Assembly: GCA_051362555.1 (NCBI GenBank)
Contig: CM120640.1
Span: forward strand, 68,116,788 to 68,180,787
Length of the DNA stretch: 64,000 bases
Direction: 5' to 3'
From: Lingula anatina
Taxonomy: Eukaryota; Animalia; Brachiopoda
Shown here: positions 59,639 through 64,000 of the stretch, piece by piece
Layout of the letters: each line of letters begins with the position of its first letter
Position numbering within the stretch: the first letter of the stretch is position 1
Notes under the pieces: model-generated
The model's input: the letters and a program-made list of their open reading frames with translations, nothing else
Told to the model about the DNA's origin: nothing
Databases searched by the model: none
Made by a program: the position numbers and the translations under genes

Positions 59639-62600
59639 TTTCATTCTGTTTGTCTGCTTTATATTTCAGGGAAAAAATAATTATCCTGTTGATAAGCATT
59701 TCTTGGCTCACTATAGAACTCTAAACCTTTTTTGAGAAAGTGTGGGGGGGGGGGGGAGGGGAATGAAAATACTGATGAATAAATATGTGAAAAACAGCAA
59801 AAAACATTTTAGCCAATTAAGCATATGGGCTAAATTTTAGTGCCATGTGGTCAAAGATGATCCCTTGCATTTTGTTGAATGTGTCTTTGTTCAAACACTT
59901 CCTTTACCATAATCAACCAAAATCTATCAAACATAATTGATCCTGTTGTTATATAGAAAAAGCCTATCATTTTAAGTTTCCTCATAAAAGTTTCCTAGAA
60001 GACAATACAGGCATTAAATTCAGAAAATAAAAATAAACCCACATAAAAGTGATAGCAGTATATACTGTATGTACACATATCAACCTGTGTCACAACCACT
60101 TGAAATGCCAGAGGACCTGCAAGATTTTGGGGGTCTTCTCGACTGGCAAGGTTAATGTGAAAAAAAAACAACATAATAATCAATCACATAGAAACCTAGA
60201 CTAACATTTAGAAAGTAGTTAGGATGGGCACAGCATTGTTTTTTTTTATTGTTTAAGTACCCAGTGGAGGCAGGCTGTTCCTGTAGAAGAATGTGCTGAG
60301 GTGTGCTTAACTGTCACAACTGACACATTTTATGCCACTTTATTCTAGGATAGATAATGTATGATATTCAAAATTTGACACTTCTGACTGAAGACATATT
60401 GTTATAAAGAGGAGCTTTTATGTGCACCATTCCAAAGAAAATTGAAAATTTTAGTATAAGGGCATTAAAAATTTAAAATATATATTTAAAAGTGTAATAA
60501 AAACCATTCCCAGGTGGAATGTTCAAAACTATGTTCTTAATTTTAGAAATATGATTGATCATTAACTTTTTATAAGTATGCAGGACATCTGCCTTTTCAT
60601 TTCACTGTGTTCATTTATTTTGCATATATTAGATTATATATTGCTCAGGCCATAAGTGCCTAATCATAAGTCTCTTTTAGTTGTTTGTCAAAATGCAGTG
60701 CATTTTACAAAAAGTAAGATGATAAAAAAACATGGTATTATATAAAATTCAGATCACAGTGAAAATTTACCCCAATGTCATGACATTATCTTATGTAAAT
60801 GCCTTGCCATTGCCAGTTTCTGCCACCTAATGTAAGATTTTAATGTTATGGTGCTTACAAATTCTATATGATAACCCAAACTTAATTTGAAAAACCCAAA
60901 CATTTTTAATGCTCCAGTAAACACAGTCATAAAGATATTTTATTGCATTTGCTTTCCTTTCTAAAGGTTTGAGCCAAAATATGATGATCAATCAATGAAT
61001 TTAGCTCATTGTGCATCTGGGCACTCCTGATTCCTGGCATTAAGTCTTAATAAGAAGCATATTCTGTTTAGTGTTTGTAAATTTGCCATCTTTGCCGTCA
61101 AAATAGGTAATGAAAAGAAAATTTTAGAAAAAAAAAACATCTCAAAATTTAGCTCCAATGCTGATTAATCTAGCTGCATAAATCTTCTTCTTGTACAAAA
61201 TGAAACAGTTGGAGTGAATTTAATACAAGTGAAATGTGAAAAAAAAAAAAAAAAATGCTGCCTCTCTCTCCCCAGGAGAATTATAAATGATTCAAGAGCA
61301 GTATAGTAACATACATCAAGCCATGTGATATTAGGATGAGTAATAATAACACACCCCATCCACAAAACAAAGCATATTGTATGTTATTGGATCGTGAGAA
61401 TGGCTCTCAGGACAATAAAAGTTTTCATTGGTCCACAGAGACGGTTATGACACCATTGGCCTGTAGAATGTCCAATATCGACAGGAGTTCAACTGTGCAA
61501 TCCTGATAATGGTCCAATACTGACTTCTCATCTCGCCTATACTTTATTGGCCTCCATAGGAAAGAAAATCAGATTAGCACAGGCCCATCTAATGGAAATT
61601 TGACCAGTATTTCATGGAATTAATGGATTTCTGTTAAATATCCAGGGAACTTTTGATTTCTACAGGGGAACTCAAAAATATATGGTTGATGTTTAATTCT
61701 TACTGCAGCTATTTTAAAGTGTTTTATATGAATCTGCATTAATATTAATGAGTAATATGCTGTACAGAGTCATGCCTACCAGCACATTCTGTTCTATTCA
61801 GATCTGTTCAAAAAGTTGGTTTGAAGATAGATGGTTATGTTAAAGCCAATATGTCCACAAACTTTTGAGACACTGTGTCAGTACTAGTGGAACTAGAGAC
61901 TCTATATTATTGGGACAGCTCTGTTAGCTGGGAACAGTATGTTAACACAGGAAGGCAGGGCTAACTGACGTGATGCATCTCCTTTCTTGTGCAGGTAGCA
62001 TGCTAGATAATTGCTCCAATTTATGCATTTAGAAAGTATTTAGAATATATAAGGGATATGTTTTGTGGATCTTGAATGCAGTGATTTGACAACAGGGATT
62101 TTTACTGCACAGCAGACACTGTTAGCATCATACAGACATCTCCAGAAAAATGTGCAATTTTTTATTTTTATTTTTTGTGTTTGTTTGTTTGTTTGTCTGC
62201 TTGTTTGCTTCAATAATGCATGCAGGATGGGTGCTCTCAAGAATTGTGTCCATATATTGATAGCAATGATCTATGCTATTCCAGTGATGCGGCTGACCAA
62301 GCCGACCATGATGGTATCCCACCCAGTGACATGTGACCAAAGAGATCTCCCCGGCAACACGCTCAACGACATCACTGCCAAAGACCTCGCCACGGACAAA
62401 GAGACCCCTTACTTTGGCTTAGGAGAACTGTTGACTCTACCACAGAATTTTGGGTAAGTATTTTATGGTATCCCTGGTATTATTCAAAGCTATCTGATAC
62501 TCATGCGGTGATAACTGAAATGGTCACATATGTAGAATATAATCCTTAATAGCATTTTCAGTATTTTCTATTTCAGATTAATTGTAATTGCAATAAACTG

Positions 62601-63136
62601 TTCTACCATGTGCTTTGTTATTATTAGGACCTTGTGCTGCAATGATATTTTATTTATTCACCTGATGGTGTGTTCTAATATTTGATACATGGCTGATTTA
62701 GTGAAAGCATACACTAAGCTGCTAACATTGTACATGAATTTATTGTTTCTATGTATTGTTTGATCACCTGTAAAAAGTATTTTAATGTTTAATCAGCATT
62801 GTTTATACTGATATTGATCATCATGCTTTTGTTAGTTTGAGAATGGATAATCTGTTGAAATAGTGGACAAAAATGTCAGTTCCTCAGTAAAAAAAAAAAA
62901 AAAGGAAAAGAAAAGAAACATATTTTCAATCAAAAAGCACTCTCCTGAAAGTCTTGAAGAGTTAGCAATGTCACTTTAGTAAAAAGTAAATAAATAAGTT
63001 AACAAACGTTGAGAAAATTCACTGAAAAGACAATAACTTAATCCTTTGTAGCAACATCTTTTTGGGTGAGACCTTCTCCAGCTACATCAGTGTCCACAAT
63101 GACAGCAACCAAGTTTGCAAGGAGATTCTAGTTAAG
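39518..63136 (+). CDS. TRAPPC13: Trafficking protein particle complex subunit 13, 5' part; exons 39518-39560, 62285-62453, 63052-63136; gene continues beyond the window
   Basis: Spliced translation [38 protein letters not shown]...[39 protein letters not shown] matches the TRAPPC13 N-terminus (EHLLALKVMRLTKP...[26 protein letters not shown]). Junctions G|GTACGT 39561, CAG|TG 62284, GG|GTAAGT 62454, TAG|C 63051 and AAG|GTAAGT 63137 keep the frame. Confidence 0.95.
40045..40601. mobile_element. 557-bp non-autonomous DNA transposon (MITE), PIF/Harbinger-related (Pangu-like)
   Basis: Imperfect TIRs of about 39 bp: AGAGAGTTTCCGTTGCCGGTGAGATACGCCGGCTAGATT vs reverse complement AGAGAGTTTCCGGTGCAGTTGGGATACGACGGCTAGATT. 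3-bp TSD AAT (40042-40044, 40602-40604). CpG-rich relative to flanks. Confidence 0.85.
43932..49599 (-). CDS. SLC10 (sodium/bile-acid symporter family; SLC10A3/A5-like architecture) nested in TRAPPC13 intron 1; exons 48892-49599, 45214-45388, 43932-44704; 551 aa (543 aa from the ATG at 49575)
   Basis: Signal-peptide-like [16 protein letters not shown], an extracellular N-terminal domain, then SBF motifs [19 protein letters not shown]...L, PLW, L.VP...G and KTIATET..SN. Donors GTG|GTAAGG (48891) and G|GTAAGG (45213) and acceptors ttcag at 45389 and 44705 are in phase; total 1656 nt. Confidence 0.92.
44772..44942. mobile_element. About 170-bp decayed hAT-type MITE in SLC10 intron 2
   Basis: Ends GGGTAGCACTAGAA and reverse complement GGGTAGTGCTAAAA; flanks CATAGGC / GATAGGC look like a degenerate TSD. 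Confidence 0.55.
46922..47105. mobile_element. 184-bp hAT-type MITE
   Basis: TIRs CAGGGGTATCGCCAGG and reverse complement CAGGGTATTAGCCAGG; 8-bp TSD ACACTCAT / ACACTAAT (7 of 8 match). Confidence 0.75.
56700..56860. promoter_or_regulatory. Putative internal promoter (ETS, CCAAT, RFX X-box, TATA/MEF2)
   Basis: ACTTCCTG 56706-56713, ATTGG 56752-56756, GTTGCCATGGTTAC 56756-56769 and CTATAAATAG 56827-56836; CpGs are locally retained in an otherwise CpG-poor intron. Confidence 0.55.
59555..59641. repeat. (AT)n microsatellite followed by poly-T
   Basis: Directly visible; it creates the spurious (IY)n ORFs. Confidence 0.95.
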
Positions 63137-63140
63137 GTAA

Positions 63141-63143
<3 letters not shown>

Positions 63144-63177
<34 letters not shown>
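63144..63177. repeat. (CT)n microsatellite just after the TRAPPC13 exon 3 donor
   Basis: Directly visible. Confidence 0.9.
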
Positions 63178-63181
<4 letters not shown>

Positions 63182-64000
63182 GTTGTGCTAATATAGTGGA
63201 GTGTACACCAGCTTTTATTTTTAATAGAGTATGAAGTCATTGTCATAAGAAATCGCCAATTTTTTTGGGGGGTAAAAATAGTGGATCCTTTTACCCCCTT
63301 TGTTGATCCAATTTGAGAAATGGCATTGGACCTAGTTCAATTTTTGAGGCAAATGGACCTTTCTATCTCCCAAGCCCTTTGGCTATGGCCCACCAGCACT
63401 CCTAGTTTCAGAATGAGCAGGCAAGTCTCGGCAGATAGGACATCAGCCACTAAATATTGATTGCTTGAGCATACATTCTGCTTTTACCAGAATAACTTTT
63501 ATTTAATAGAATTATTAGCAGAAGCTCTCAGAGCTTACTCACACAAATTGCTGCTAATGCCTTGCCTGGATTGGATCAAACTGGTGCTGTTAGACACAGA
63601 GAGTGTGAGCGGTGCTGTAATTGACAGATTCTAGCAACTTTTTTGACACTTTATCCAATTGATGACTGTTTTTTTGTGGCAGTAACTTTTTTTATCAAAA
63701 ATAATTTTATTTATGAAACTTGATGATGATGATAATCTTATCTTTTAAAGTGAAACCCAATTTACTGTTTCATTCTTGTTTACAGTGTTTTTTAAAAAGA
63801 TCTTAAAAGATCATTGTGCTGATTTGACTGCCTTTTTATTACACATTTATAATAAACCAGTGGTAGCCTTTACATTACAAAATTTTTTAAGTGATTCCAT
63901 ATTTAAAAACAATAAAAGAGTAGATCTTTTTTTAAATCTGGAGCCTGCATAAGTGCATGCAAAGGTTTACATTGACTATTTAAAGGACAGTAATTTTGTT

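Noticed and set aside
59292-59711. (IY)n ORFs
   Set aside because: Translation of the (AT)n microsatellite.
63190-63395. Possible decayed MITE in TRAPPC13 intron 3
   Set aside because: Termini too degenerate to define TIR or TSD.

Overview
AT-rich, intron-containing animal genomic DNA, not prokaryotic; a lophotrochozoan such as a mollusc is my guess from protein style and repeats. Five spliced genes were reconstructed by hand with frame-consistent GT-AG junctions. (1) An uncharacterised 2-exon, 317-aa gene (- strand, 2527-4230). (2) A Dmrt93B/DMRTA-type DM+DMA transcription factor (+, 13129-18042, 419 aa). (3) A complete 10-coding-exon TRIM23/ARD1 (-, 34529-39293, 572 aa). (4) TRAPPC13 (+, ATG 39518, first three exons, continuing past the window), head-to-head with TRIM23 as in vertebrates. 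(5) An SLC10-family transporter (-, 43932-49599) nested antisense in the 22.7-kb TRAPPC13 intron 1, with most canonical Na+-binding residues altered. Also seen: several MITEs, a probable P-superfamily excision footprint, an internal RFX/CCAAT/TATA promoter, a candidate poison exon and a visible CpG-rich/CpG-poor mosaic. All calls were made by eye; no database search was run.
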